DNA from: Octopus vulgaris
Taxonomy: Eukaryota
Reading direction: 5' to 3'
Length of the DNA: 64,000 bases
NCBI GenBank assembly: GCA_951406725.2
Contig: OX597843.1
Span: 6,448,001 to 6,512,000 of the forward strand
The translations under genes were made by a program, and so were the position numbers. This document shows positions 12,856-26,469 of this stretch, one piece after another. Below the pieces are notes generated by a model that saw only the letters and a program-made list of their open reading frames with translations, searched no databases and was not told where the DNA came from. Each line of letters starts with the position of its first letter. Positions within the stretch are counted from its first letter, which is position 1.

Positions 12856-12912
12856 TCTTCGTTCCAGCACACGATCTCAGATCAAATCACTTGCTATGCA
12901 AGTACACCTCCG

Positions 12913-12954
<42 letters not shown>

Positions 12955-13749
12955 TGCATGTATACATTACCATGGAAACATACATTCGCCCATTTCAATG
13001 TAAATGCTTGTGTGTATGTGTGTGTATAATCATGTAGCAAAATTGATGTAGAATATGTATATGTGCGCATGTATCTATGTCTATATATGTGTGTGTGGCT
13101 ATAAGTGTATATGTTTGTGCATGTACATATGTATATGTATGTGTGTGTGTGTGTATATGTTTGAGCATGTACATATGTATATGTATGTGTATATATATAT
13201 ATACACACACACACACGTGGTTAAAATTAAAAGCGAAGACCAACTCACCAATTTGTATCAGAAAAAAAAAATTGGTAAAAAAGTGTTTTTTTTTTTAAAT
13301 GCCAATTTAAAGAATGGCTGAAAGCAGAGAAGAAAGCCCTTTTTATTATCATCATCAGCCTAACAAGCAGTGGTGAAGCTTGGTGGACAGTGTCCAGAGA
13401 GGAGAAGCCAATACAGCAGTTGTTGAGCCCCAGGTCAGCACTGACCCAGCAAAAGGTAAAAAGAAAAACAAAAAAAAAATTTTTTAAAACCCGAACATAT
13501 TTGATTCCTAACCTCATGGTTCTGGGTTCCGTCCCACTGCATGGCACCTTGGGCATATTTCTTCTACTATAGCCCTGAGCTGGTCAGTGCTTTGCAAGTG
13601 GATTGGGTAGACGGAAACTGAAAGAAGCCCATCATGTGTGTGTGTATGTGTGAGTGTCTTATGTATGAGCCAAAGAGGGAGATTTCTACATGGTAACTAT
13701 ATCTAAAACATATAGCAGCCAAATCTCCCTCGCATCACATCATATAGTC

Positions 13750-13786
<37 letters not shown>

Positions 13787-13825
13787 TAAATGAAAGAATG
13801 GAGTCGAACGAAGATTTTAACAAAA

Positions 13826-13924
13826 TTCCTTTACTCTCAACACATGTTTCGAAGACTGCATATTCTTAATTCCGAAGGAATAAAGGGTGCATTATGCCGT
13901 CTTCTCATCAGGAAAGACAAGGAA
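13826..13924 (-). ncRNA. Type I hammerhead ribozyme fold in a (TA)n-flanked Penelope-like fragment (13783-14049)
   Basis: TTCCTTGTCTTTC-CTGATGA-GAAGAC..GTCTTC-GAAAC ATGT GTT-GAGAGTAAAGGAA: complete core, stem I 11 of 13 pairs, G-C closed stem II, 2-bp stem III. Confidence 0.75.
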
Positions 13925-14207
13925 CTTCTATCAGCCTCAAGACGAACAAAAACGTTTTGATGACTGCCTACATGGTGTCCACTCAATTTGCTACCCAGGT
14001 ATCGATTAACCAAATTATCAATACTAGGATAATTCATTCACCTACTTAAATATATATATATATATATATGTATATGTATGAGCCAATGAAGGAGACTTCT
14101 ACATGGTAGCTAGATACGGTAGAAACAGCAGCCAAACGTCCCTCAAACCACATTCTACTGTCTTAAGCATACATATATGTGTAAGCTAACAATCCAAACC
14201 TGTACAT

Positions 14208-14553
14208 CAGGAGTCGGCAAAGAGTTCACTATTGACCCCTTGTGGTGGTGGAGGCCTATGGGACTCTCCAAGGGGGTTGATGAATGTTATCATAACTGTA
14301 TCAATGTAATAACGGGACCGAAATTTTTATTGTTTTTCATCGAATTCGTTAAGAGTTTTCATTAAATTTCTTTAAATGTTTCTGATCAAAAAGTGTTAAC
14401 GACACAAAAGAACAGGAATTTTTTGCTTCAAAATCACGAAATTTTGTGGTTAAGTTTTTTGATTTTATTTCAGAAATTTACATGATGGTAGGGGTTATAA
14501 TTTATAAGGTATTCTATGAAAGGGGCCAATTGTAACAAGTTTGCTGACACCTG
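14208..14553. mobile_element. Old hAT-like MITE
   Basis: Imperfect TIRs CAGGAGTCGGCAAA / TTTGCTGACACCTG; no TSD retained. Confidence 0.55.
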
Positions 14554-15542
14554 GTTTAGGGAGACACATGGTCTGTTGCAAGCATTCTACCCTGATGGTA
14601 AATTGCACCCTTCTTTCCACTAGATTCAAAAGGCTTGAAAAGGGGTCACATGTTGGGAACCTTTGTTACTCTGATGAAAACTAAGAAAAAAAAAAGCCAA
14701 AAGAGAAAAAAAAACTGAAAATAAAAGTGCAGAACAATGGTGGTGGCGACCCATCATGAATGGAGGGTCTGCATCCAGAACGTGGTGAGGCCGACAACAG
14801 CTGACCTCTGTGAACAATGTCCATCAAGAGAAGAAGGTATGAGAAGAGAAGTAGGTCAAGAGAGGAGAGTAGAATGGTCAGGAGAGAGAGGGGGAGAGAG
14901 AGAGAGACAGACAGAACGAGAGGGAGGGGGAGAAAGAGGGGAGGAGAGAGACAGAGAGAGGGGAGGGAGAGAGAGAGAAAGGGGGAAAGACAGAGAAGGA
15001 GAGAATGGCAGAGAGAAGGGAGAGACAGAGAAATAGAGGGAATGACAGAGAGAAGGAAGAGAGAGAGAGAGAAGGAAGAGAGAGAGAGAGGGAGGAGGAA
15101 AGAGAGAGGAGACAAAAGGCAGAGAGGAAGTGAGTCAGGGATAGAGAGAGAGTAAGAGAAAGAAAAGAGAGAGAGAGAGGAAGAGAGAGAAGTGATGCTG
15201 AAGCAGATTTGGGGAGAGGGTAAAAAAAAAGGGGGGGTTGCAGACTGGAGGTTAAATGATGCAAGGCGGGAGGGGGAGGAGAGTGGGGGGAGGGGTCAGG
15301 TTAAAAAAAAAATCGGAGGGGAAAGGAAAAAGGAAGAAGAAGAAGAAGAAGAAGAAGAAGCAGTAATTAAAACAGATTAAGATTAGAAAGATAATAATAA
15401 TAATAATAATGATAATAATAATAATAATAATAATAATACACAATAAGAAGATTCTGAAACGATATGTAATGAATATCGATGGATTCTGATTGTTGAATTG
15501 AGCAATATTTCGATCCTGCGTCTGAGTTCTTCGGGTTCGAAA

Positions 15543-15924
15543 TCTTTATATATATAAAAGTGAAGTTGTGTGAGTGTCTGTCTCCTTCGATTTAGATTCC
15601 TAACTACTCCCACATTTTGCGGTGCAGTGTAACCAAAACCGGGTATCTTATAGTCGTGATTCATATCGAGTCCTTCTGGGTATTAGCGTGCGTCTACGAT
15701 GAGTCTACGATTTAAAAAAAAAATTACCATAATTTCTTTCCCATTTTTAATGCATTTTTTTTGCTATTATATAAGGGAAGTAACTCTCTAAAAATGTATT
15801 ATTAAATCTCAGAACCCCCTTTGTGGTTAGCCATATTGAGATGGCTATTATACTTTACATCTCTAAAAATGCTTATATAGTTATCTCCCTTACAAACCCG
15901 AGCAACGCCGGGCGACACTGCTAG
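15543..15924 (+). mobile_element. Non-autonomous Helitron-like element
   Basis: 5' A|TC, 3' CTAG|T, subterminal hairpin CCCG-agcaacgc-CGGG; near-identical copies elsewhere in the window. Confidence 0.8.
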
Positions 15925-16574
15925 TTTAAAATGAAAAAGAAAAAAAAGCAGAAATACAAAAATTTGGAGGTTTGAACTGGAATATCCTGCGTTTCAACTA
16001 AGCCCCGTTTACCTGAACCCAAACTATCTGCTACCGTGGAGAGATGCATGATTGTCTTGCAAACAACTTGCACATGCAAGTGCTACCAGTTAAAAGCTCC
16101 GTATACCGGAAGCTAGCAAGTGTATGGGGTCATCAGGAGAGAATGCGCGCCGTTTCGGGGCCTACCTCTCGACGGCATCAATGCGCACTGGTCCCCCTCA
16201 CTGATATGAGGCCCCACTTGCTAGATCAGCTGGTTATGAAGAACTCAATATACTTCTAGCCATCGTTCATCATCTCCTTTTAACCAAATCCAGTGGCCTT
16301 CTCCACTGTAGATTGGATATCAGTCATGGTGGTATTGGCTTTACGATGAGTTAGGCCTAGTGTTAACAACAGTTGTCTCACGCTGTGTCCAACAAACCTT
16401 CTAGTGACCAGTGGTCAGCGTGATTGTAAGCTTGTGGTTTCAGTCCCCTGGCCTGGGCAATGCGTTGTGCTTTTGAGAAGAAAAAAAAGATCTTCATTTT
16501 CTGTTGCCCCAGTCCACTCGGCTGGCAAAAATGAGTAACAGGTCCGGGCATGGCTGCATGGTAAGTAGCTTGCT

Positions 16575-16790
16575 CCCCAGCCACATGGCTCCTGAGGCCT
16601 CTACCCCATGCTTCCCAGCCACATGGCTCCTGAGGCCTCTACCCCATGCTTCCCAGCCACATGGCTCCTGAGGCCTCTACCCCATGCTTCCCAGCCACAT
16701 GGCTCCTGAGGCCTCTACCCCATGCTTCCCAGCCACATGGCTCCTGAGGCCTCTACCCCATGCTTCCCAGCCACATGGCTCCTGAGGACC
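16575..16790. repeat. 38-bp minisatellite (~5.7 copies) derived from a SINE head
   Basis: cttcccagccacatggctcctgaggcctctaccccatg repeated perfectly. Confidence 0.95.
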
Positions 16791-16997
16791 CTACCACGTC
16801 ATCTCTAGCACTGCAGAGTGTCACTGCCACACATGTGGTGTAGTTTATTTCCAGTCCCTCTGTGGAGAATATGTCTGGCCAAGAGGAAATAGAAGTTTTA
16901 AATTTTGGCCCAAGGCCAATAATTTCAGGAGGGAGGGTCAGTTTATTATGTCGCCCCCAGGGTGAAACTGGTACTTATTCTATTGACCCCGAATGGA

Positions 16998-17620
16998 TGA
17001 TTTAGAATCTTGCAGGAAGAATCACAAGATGGATTCTTCAAGTTAAGCCAACCATCAGGAGACCCAGGAAGGGACCAAGAATGAGATGCTTGGATGTTGT
17101 TATTCTCAGTTGGTCTCGCTTGGGAATCCAGCAGAAAAGTGTAATGAGGGTTGATTCTGATGGAGCCCTAAAAACTCTGCCCTCTCAGCTCTGGTACTGT
17201 AAACGTATGATTAGAATCTTGCAGGAAGAATCACAAGATGGATTCTTCAAGCAAAACCAACCATCAGGAGACCCAGGGGCAGGGCAAGAATGAGATGGTT
17301 GGATGATATCCATAGTCTTGGTCTCACTTGGGAATCCAGCAGAAAAATGTGTAATGAGGGTTGCTTGTTATAGGACCTTATGGAGGGGTGCCTGAGGACT
17401 CAACCCACCTCAGCACTGGTACTGTGGACATGTGATTAGAATCTTGCAGGAAGAATCCCAAAATGGATTCTTCAAGATAAGCCAAGTGGCAGGAGACCCA
17501 GGGGCAGGGCAAGAATGAGATGGTTGGAGGATATCCAAAATCTCGGTTGGTCATGTTTGGAAATTCAAGCAGAAACTGCAACAGAAGTTGCTTCCGACAG
17601 GACATTATGGAGGAAGAGCC
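16998..17620 (+). repeat. Triplicated decayed LINE 3' fragment
   Basis: ~210-225-bp unit x3 encoding an RPRGRARMRWLDDI-like motif. Confidence 0.6.
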
Positions 17621-18591
17621 CACAGATTCTAGCCCCAACAACACTCCCAGGAACAGTGGACAGAGATGGATGGATGGATACCCTGTCTATCTTTTGTTTC
17701 TTCTTCACTTTTCCCTTGTTACCAATTACAAAAAAAACAAAAACAAAGCAAGGCTCATTCGCAAACAACACAGGATCCTCCAGTTCAAAATCTGAATTTC
17801 TGTAGATGTGTAGGGGGTGGCGGGTGGCTGTGTGGTAAGAAGTCTCTTTCCCAACCACACTTTTCCAGTTCAGTCCCACTGCATCGCAGCTTGGGTAATC
17901 GTCTTCTACTAGTGCCTTGAGTTTACCAAAGACTTGTGGGTGGATTTGGTAAACAGAAACTGAAAAAAGCTTCGTTGTCTATATCATCATCATCACCATC
18001 ATCATCATTTAATGTCCATTTTCCATTCTGGCCTTGGGCTGGATCATTTGGCAGGATCTGATGTACTCCAGGGTCTGTTCTGGAATGGTTTCCATGGCTA
18101 GAAGCCCTTCTTAATACCAACCGTTTTACAGAATGTGTAGGGTGCTTTTTCAGTGCCACCTGCACTACTGAGCTTGCCATGCAATTTGCAGGTCTAGGAA
18201 CCCTGGGGGAAGAAGTGATGGGGAGGTCAGGTGCATGCTGGAAGATGAGGGGGGTTGCGATGAGAAGGGGTGAGACAGACTAGGTTCTTGCAGGGGGAAT
18301 CAGTAAAGCTACTTACATTTAGTACAGGAAAACGAAGGGGAAAAATATAGAGTAAAGGATCAATAGGTGTGTGTGTGTGTGTGTGTGTACGTGTGATCAT
18401 CATCATCGTCAGCTAATGTCTGCTTTCCATGCTGGCATGGGTTGGACAGTTCGACCAGGGTCTGGGAAGCCAGGAGAATGCACCAGGCTCCAGTCTGGTC
18501 TGGCAGTGTTTCTACAATAATTTATTCTTTTATTGGCCACAAGGGATAATATAAACAGACATAAGGGGACGTGCAAAAAACTTAAAAGACA

Positions 18592-19626
18592 ATCCTTTCT
18601 ATTCTAGACACAAGACCTGAAATTTGGAAGAAGGGGCCAGTTGATTAGATTAACCGCAGTACGCAACTGGTACTTAATTTATCAACCCCCACTGAAAGGA
18701 TGAAAGGCAAAGTCGACCTCGGCGGAATTTGAACTCAGAACGTAGCGGCAGACGAAATACCTATTTCTTTAATACCCACAAGGGGCTAAACACAGAAAGG
18801 ACAAACAAGGACAGACAACCAGATTAAGTCAATTATATTGACCCCAGTGTGTAACAGGTACTTATTTAATGGACCTCGAAAGGATGAAAGGCAAAGTTGA
18901 CCTTGGCGGAATTTGAACTCAGAACGTAACGGCAGATGAAATACTGCTAAGCATTTCGCATGGTGTGCCAACGGTTCTTATTTCTTTAATACCCACAAGG
19001 GGCTAAACACAGAAAGGACAAACAAGGACAGACAAACAGATTAAGTCGATTACATCGACCCCAGTGCGTAACTAGTAGTTATTTAATCGACCCCGAAAGG
19101 ATGAAAGGCAAAGTTGACCTCGGCGGAATTTGAACTCAGAACGTAGCGGCAGACTAAATACCTATTTCTTTAGTACCCACAAGGGGCTAAACACAGAGGG
19201 GACAAACAAGGACAGACAAACGGATTAAGTTGATTACATCGACCCCAGTGCGTAACTAGTAGTTATTTAATCGACCCTGAAAGGACGAAAGGCAAAGTCG
19301 ACCTCGGCAGAATTTGAACTCAGAACTCAGAATGTAGCGGCAGACGAAATACCGCTAAGCATTTTGCCCGGTGTGCTAACGATTCTTATTTCTTTACTAC
19401 CCCCAATGGGCTAAACACAGAGGGGACAAACAAGGACAGACAAACGGATTAAGTTGATTACATCGACCCCAGTGCGTAACTGGTACTTATTTAATTGACC
19501 CCGAAAGGATGAAAGGCAAAGTCGACCTCGGCAGAATTTGAACTCAGAACTCAGAATGTAGCGGCAGACGAAATACCGCTAAGCATTTTGCCCGGTGTGC
19601 TAACGATTCTGCCACCTCGTCACCCT
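18592..19626 (-). repeat. Head-to-tail tandem array of SINE B units
   Basis: Five occurrences of aaaggcaaagt.gacct.ggc.gaatttgaactcagaa at ~180-220 bp spacing. Confidence 0.85.
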
Positions 19627-20749
19627 GACGTACGGTCGAAATATTGTTCGAATCAAGAAACAAAACTGATATTTCATCACAGTATCGTATCACGGTCTTC
19701 TCATTGAGTATTTACCTCCATGAAGAGTTACGTCAAATCTTCATCAATTGATAATAATAATAATAATAATGGTAATAATAATAAACAAAGGAAAAAAGTG
19801 TCAACAGTAATGTCTGTCTGTCATCCCTTACCTCTTCCACATCAACTATATCCGTTAGACGAGTTAGTAAGGTTTTAGAGATCACTGGTCAACCCATCAG
19901 CTTGCAACAGACGATGGACATCCATAAGACCTGATTGCTGGACAAGAAAAGTTCACAGTCAGCAGGCTTGTCCTCCTCTCCACGCACGCAGGTCACACCG
20001 CATCATCATCACAACACCCCCGCCCCCCTCCCCTTTGCCTGACAACGCGCCCACACACACACACACAAACACAAACACCCACACACGTGTGTGTCAGATG
20101 CAGGTCTCTCTCTTTCGCATATGCACATGCACACACAACGGGAGATGGTGGCAGGGGCCAAAATGTGCTGGTGAAGGCGGTGGCGGTGACTGCTGATTAT
20201 GATGGTGGCAGTGGTGAGCGCAGTCATGATGGTGGTGGTGGTGGTGAAGGCAATGATGACGATGGTGGTGGTGGTTATGGCACTGATTGTGGTGGTGCTG
20301 GTGCTGCTGTTGTTAAGCAACAAGATGGGTAAGGGTGATTAGGTGATGGTCTAGGGCTTAGTCGGCAGGAGACCCCAGACCTTGGAAAAAGAAGAAAAAA
20401 TCTTTGTTCGTCTTGTTGTAGTCGAAGGCTCTTCCTTGATGCCCGACACGACTGGGAGGTGGACCTCAAAGTCCCTAGAAATGGAGATCTCCAGGTCCAA
20501 ATTCTTGAACGGCTGGTGATGGTGCTGGAGCCATTGGGATCAATATGATGCAGAGGAATTGTGATCAGAAGCTAGAGTGTGTGTGTGTGTGTGTGTGTAG
20601 GGGTTTCAGGTTTTTCAGGAAATTGGCCCGACGTTATAAGAAGGGGTGGGCACTGAAGTCTTTGGTAAACCGATATGGGGCTACGAAGGGATCAACAGGA
20701 ACTTTTAGCGAAACAACTAGAAATTATAAAAAGTGTCAGTAGGCACTGA

Positions 20750-21810
20750 AGTTGACTGACCCGGGGTCATGGAGGGGTCATTAGGCTCTTTTGGGCAACT
20801 GAGCTGAGATCATAGATGCTTCAGGAGTTTTTCGGCTAAATCCATTTTTGTGTAGGAGGCAGCAGGATTTTGAGGGCAAACTGACCAGAAGTCATAGAGG
20901 GGTCACAGCAGGCTTCTTTGGGTACACTCGTTTGAAGTCATGAGGGGGTTAGCAAGCATTTTTGGGTAAACTGATTTGAAGTCATGAAGAGGGCGGCAGG
21001 CATTTTGAAGTAAATTGACCTGGGTTCAAGGAAAGGTCGCCAAGCCCTTTTGGGCAAACTGAGTCGAGATTATGGACAGTTTAGCAGGCTTTTGGGGTAA
21101 AAACTAATTTGAGGTCATGCAGAGGTCAGCAAGCATCTTTGGTCAAACTGACCTGAGGTCATGGAGGGATCATCAGATTTTTGGGAGTCAATTGATTTGA
21201 AGTCATGAAGGAGTCAGCAAGCTTTTTCGGGGCTAAACTGACCTGAAGTCATGAGGGATCAGCAGGCATTTTTGGGTAAACTGATTTGAGGTCATAGAGG
21301 GGTCAGGAAGCTTTTTCAGATAAACTGATTTGAAGTAATGAAGGGGTTAGCAGGGTTATTTTTGTAAATAGGATCTTTTTGGTAAACTAACTTGAAGTTA
21401 TGAAAGGGTCAACAAGATATTTTTTGGTAAACTTACCTTGAGGTCATGGATGGGTCACCAGGCTTTGTTTTTGGTAAAATGACCAGAGTATACAAAAGGG
21501 CCACTATGCATTGTAGAACACTGACCCATGGTCATCGAGAGGTAAGAAGAATGTGTTGGGTAAACTGACTTGGGGGTCATAGAAGAGTCAACAAAATTTT
21601 TATGGATGGGGGTGGGGGGTGGAAATGACCCGAGGTCATGACAGATCAAAAGACTATTTGGTAAACTAACTTGACAACATGGAGAGGTCAGCGGTTTATA
21701 TTTTGGTGGGTGGGTGTAAAACGACTGAAGATAGTTAACTGACCTGGGGGTAAATGTGGGGGTCAACTGATTCGGGATAACTGAGGGGGCTCAAAACAAT
21801 TCCTTTGGTA
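20750..21810. repeat. Degenerate ~41-bp minisatellite
   Basis: Recurrent ggtaaactga.ttga.gtcatg.agggg.tcagcagg.ttttt. Confidence 0.8.
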
Positions 21811-22464
21811 AACTAGGTCCAGGAGTGGCTGTGTGGTAACAAGTTTGCTTCCCAACCATGTGGTTCTGGGTTCAGTCCCATTACATGGCTCCTTGGGCAA
21901 GAGTTTTCTACTAGGGCTTCAGGTCGAACAAAGCCTTGTGAATGGAAACTAAAAGAAGTCCATTGTTTATATGTAAAGGTTAATTCAGGAGCAGACAAAC
22001 TCAGACGGTCTGAAAATTCCTCATTGTAGAACAACAGGGAGCTACCACCATAAGGGTGGCAGGGGTGACCAGGTGGTAAGTATTTTGCTTCCCAACCACA
22101 TGGTTCCAGGTTCAGTCCCACTACATGTCACCTCAGGCAAGTGTCTTTCACTATAGCCTTGGGCTGATCAAAGCATTGTGAGCGGATTTGGTAGATGGAA
22201 ACTGAAAGAAGCCCATCATATACATACGAGTGTGCATGCATGTTACTCTCTCCTGGTCTTGACATAATGTGATGTCCATAAATGACCCTCACTGTCAATG
22301 GATTTGTGTGACCCCTTCACAGTCTTGCATGAAAGACATGTCTGGCCCTGGGGAAATATTACCTTACTTGGAAACAGGAAAGGGTCAGTGACAGGAAGGG
22401 CATCCAGACTTAGAAACCCCATTTCAATAATTCCCTCTGACCCACGAGAGCATGGATATGTCAT

Positions 22465-23178
22465 CAGCATCATCATCATCATTGTTTAACATCCTCTTTC
22501 CATGCTGGCATGGGTTGGACAGTTCGACTGGGGTCTGGAAAGCCAGGAGGCTGCACCAGGCTCCGATCTGATCTGGCACGGTTTCTACAGCTGGATGCCC
22601 TTCCTAATGCCAACCACTCCGAGAGTGTGAAGTGGGTGCTTTTTATGTGCCACCTGCACAGGAGCCAGTAAGGTGGACCTGGCATCGACCACGTTCGGAT
22701 GGTGCCTTTTACATGCCACTGGCATGGGAGCCAATAAGGGGGGCCCTGGCATCAACAACATTTGGATGGTGCCTTTTACATGCCACTGGCACGGGAGCCA
22801 ATAAGGGGGGCCCTGGCATCAACCACATTTGGATGGTGCCTTTTACATGCCACTGGCACGGGAGCCAATAAGGGGGGCCCTGGCATCAACAACATTTGGA
22901 TGGTGCCTTTTACATGCCACTGGCACGGGAGCCAATAAGGGGGGCCCTGGCATCAACAACATTTGGATGGTGCTTTTCACGTGCCACCTGCACGGGAGCC
23001 AATAAGGGGGGCCCTGGCATCAACCACATTTGGATGGTGCCTTTTACATGCCACTGGCACGGGAGCCAATAAGGGGGGCCCTGGCATCAACAACATTTGG
23101 ATGGTGCCTTTTACATGCCACCGGCACGGGAGCCAGTAAGGGGGACCTGGCATCAACCACGTTTGGATGATGCATTTT
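22465..23178 (-). mobile_element. (ATG)n-tailed SINE-like family C containing a 67-bp minisatellite (~8 copies)
   Basis: catgctggcatgggttggac..ggatgcccttcctaatgccaacc body, also at ~1855, 6050, 18397, 39590-39900 (opposite strand), 51183 and 62805. ggatggtgc recurs every 67 bp. Confidence 0.75.
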
Positions 23179-23473
23179 TTGTGGACATTATAAATGATTA
23201 TGGGGAGATTATGTGTGTGTAACCTTGTCTAGGCCTCACATGATGGTGGTAAATGAGTATCACCAACATACAAGCAGGGTCGTTCGATCCTAATCTTCCA
23301 TATGAAACATGTGGTTATAGGAAATATTACCTTGCTAAATAGCATGACTATAATACATCGATGTGGAGGTGCGTGGCTTAGTGGTTAGGGTGTCAGCATC
23401 ATGATTGTAAGATTGTGGTTCCGATTCCTCAGGCTTTGTGAGTGGATTTGATAAATGGAAACTAAAAGAAGCC

Positions 23474-23507
<34 letters not shown>

Positions 23508-24472
23508 TTATCGACAGGTGTGTGTCTTTGTATGTGTTTGTCTCCCACCACCGCTTGACAAATGGTGCAGGTGTGTCTATATGCCGCAAAAGAGACCAGT
23601 AGAATAAGTACCAGGCTTAAAAAGAAATAAGTATTGGGGGGGGGGGGGAGGGGTTGATTCATTCGACTAAAAAATTCTTCAAGGCGGTGCCCCAGCATGG
23701 CCACAGTCTAATGACTGAAACAAAATAAACGATAAAAGCTGTGTGTGTGTGAGTTTCTATTTCCCTCTTCTTTTACATGGGTTTGCTGAGTGTAAACAAG
23801 AGGTTTTTTCAGGGGCCAGGAAGGGACTTTTTTCTGTCACTGAACCTGCGCAAGCGTAGAAAATGGACAAATGGCAATGACGGTGATGTTGATGACGACG
23901 GTATGGACCGGTCCATATGAGACATCTGGATTCGGACAAACAATCATTCGATGAGTGAACGATTGATATTTTGTGATGATACACACACACACACACACAC
24001 ACACACACTGATATAGCCATGAAAAATACAGGTAAAATAGGGAACCATACACACTCTTTTCAATATGTATGCTCCCATGAGCCCTCACTCAAGTACCAGG
24101 ACATGCATGCACAAGTCCACCTCCACAAGCACATGCAAGAGTGTACATGTGTCCAGACGTGTGTGTGTGTGCGTGCATGTATGTGTGTGTGTGTGTGTGT
24201 GTGGCTTTTTACCAAAATTGAAACGGAGAGTTGGTCTTGTGACTCCAGCTTGGTCCCGCTGTGGTTCCGCCTGAAGAGTGCGAAAGCGTGAAACTCGAAC
24301 CACAAGATAAACTCCGTCTCAGTTTCAATATAAAGCCATATCCCCTACAACACTTATTGAGCACTCCATCCTCATTCATTCAACAAGGAACTTGCACATA
24401 TGTATATACATATATATATTTATACAATATGTACATATATACATATATATACATACACATAATGTATATGGT

Positions 24473-24517
<45 letters not shown>

Positions 24518-25647
24518 GATACATATATACACACAATATATATATATTATATGATACATATATATACAATATATATATATGATACATATATACACACAAT
24601 ATATATATATATTATATGATACATATATACACAATATATATGATACATATATACACACAATATATATATTATATGATACATATATACACAATATATATGA
24701 TACATATATACACACAATATATATATATATATATTATATGATACATATATACACAATATATATATCTATATATATACACAATATATATATATATATAGAT
24801 GATATATAGCAAACTATAATCTTATATTCTGTTATGAAGGATTTAGGGAGAGGGGCAGCACTTGTATTACATAAAGAAATTGAAAAGAAAGAGAGAGAGA
24901 AAGGGGATGAGGAGTGGTGGCCTCACATGGATTGCCGTGGTTTTTTTTCTAGTCAACAAAACATATATTTACAAAAAAAAAACAAAAAAAAACAAACAAA
25001 CTAACAACACCAAAAATAAAAATAAACATCATATGTAACAACAATAAGAAGAAGAAGAAGAAGAAGAGAGACAAGCCATGCAACAAAATAGAAATAAAAT
25101 ATATAAAAAAAAAAGAAAGAAAAACAGGCAGTGGTGGCAGTGGGGGTGGGGGGTGCTGGCGGTGGTGGTGGTGGTGGTGCTTCAGCATGGTCGTGAAGGC
25201 GATAATAATGTAACAGAACATAGCAACAGAGAGAGAAAGAGAGAGAGAGAGGGGGGAGAGGGGAGAGGTAGTAGTAGATGTGGTAGTAAGAACTGCACAG
25301 CAATGTTGATAAACGCCGCAGCCGGCTGCACAATAAGATGCAAGCATGCATAAAGAGTAAACCAACAAACAAATATATACACACACACATACATACATAC
25401 GTGTATGTATGTATGGCATACAACTACATATATATATATACATGCATATATATATACATATATATATATATATACACACACACACATATATACACATGCA
25501 CAGAGATATAGATGTAGATTATATATATGCAATGTACATGTACATATATACACACACTATTATATCTATCTATATATATATATAGTGACATTTGATTTAA
25601 TACTAAATTGAATTTTTCCCTGTAAGTTTGGAGTTATACTCCCTAAT

Positions 25648-25697
<50 letters not shown>

Positions 25698-26096
25698 TAT
25701 ATATACATACATTATATATACACATATAAAGTCGAAAGACAACCGTTGTTTTTGTCCTGTTATTATTATTATTGTTGTTGCTGTTATTATTATTATTATA
25801 ATTGTATTTTATATTTATATTCGTATTACTATTATTGTTTTTTGTATTTATATTTGTGTGGCATCGTCCGTTTTCTGTCCTTGTTTCGTATACATTGGAT
25901 CCTTTTTCCAAGAAATCTAATGCTCGTAGCTTAGTTTTTCCTTGGGGCTGGCCAGATTGGAGCAATCTCAAGATTAATCAGCCGAAATTGCGAGGATGAT
26001 CTGGTTCTTGACTGAAGATTGGGGGCTTCGAATGACCCGTCCATTTTCTGTATCGTCTATTTGTATGTTTTGCGTTCTTGTCCCATTTTGTATTTT

Positions 26097-26128
<32 letters not shown>

Positions 26129-26469
26129 TCTATACATACATTTGGAATCTTACATTGTGTATAAATACTATATTTGGAAGGACCAATTTTAAATTCTGTT
26201 GGATTTTTCTCATAAGGTATTCGAATCTTACATAAATACCATTCTGCCTAAAAAATGGATCTACGAATTCAATATCCCTACATATCTCACATCTGTTTTC
26301 TTTCCTCCACCTCACTCTCTATTTTGGATCCTATCTGAATGAAATTAGCTGCCATACACAGTGGAGTAGCTTTTATCTCTGTAACTTTTTATCTTCATTT
26401 GAATTTTTATCTGAATTATGGCTTGTACTGTAGAGTCCAACGAAACTAATTTAAACATACTTAAGGGTT

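Noticed and set aside
22631-23175. CRISPR-like appearance of regular repeats (also 16575, 36246)
   Set aside because: Contiguous tandem units with no unique spacers, no cas genes, eukaryotic intron.
24927-24948. Possible 22-nt microexon
   Set aside because: Frameshifting, mediocre donor, low-complexity context.
25340-25500. TGCATG (Rbfox) motifs
   Set aside because: Expected by-product of degenerate (CA/TG/TA)n tracts throughout the window.
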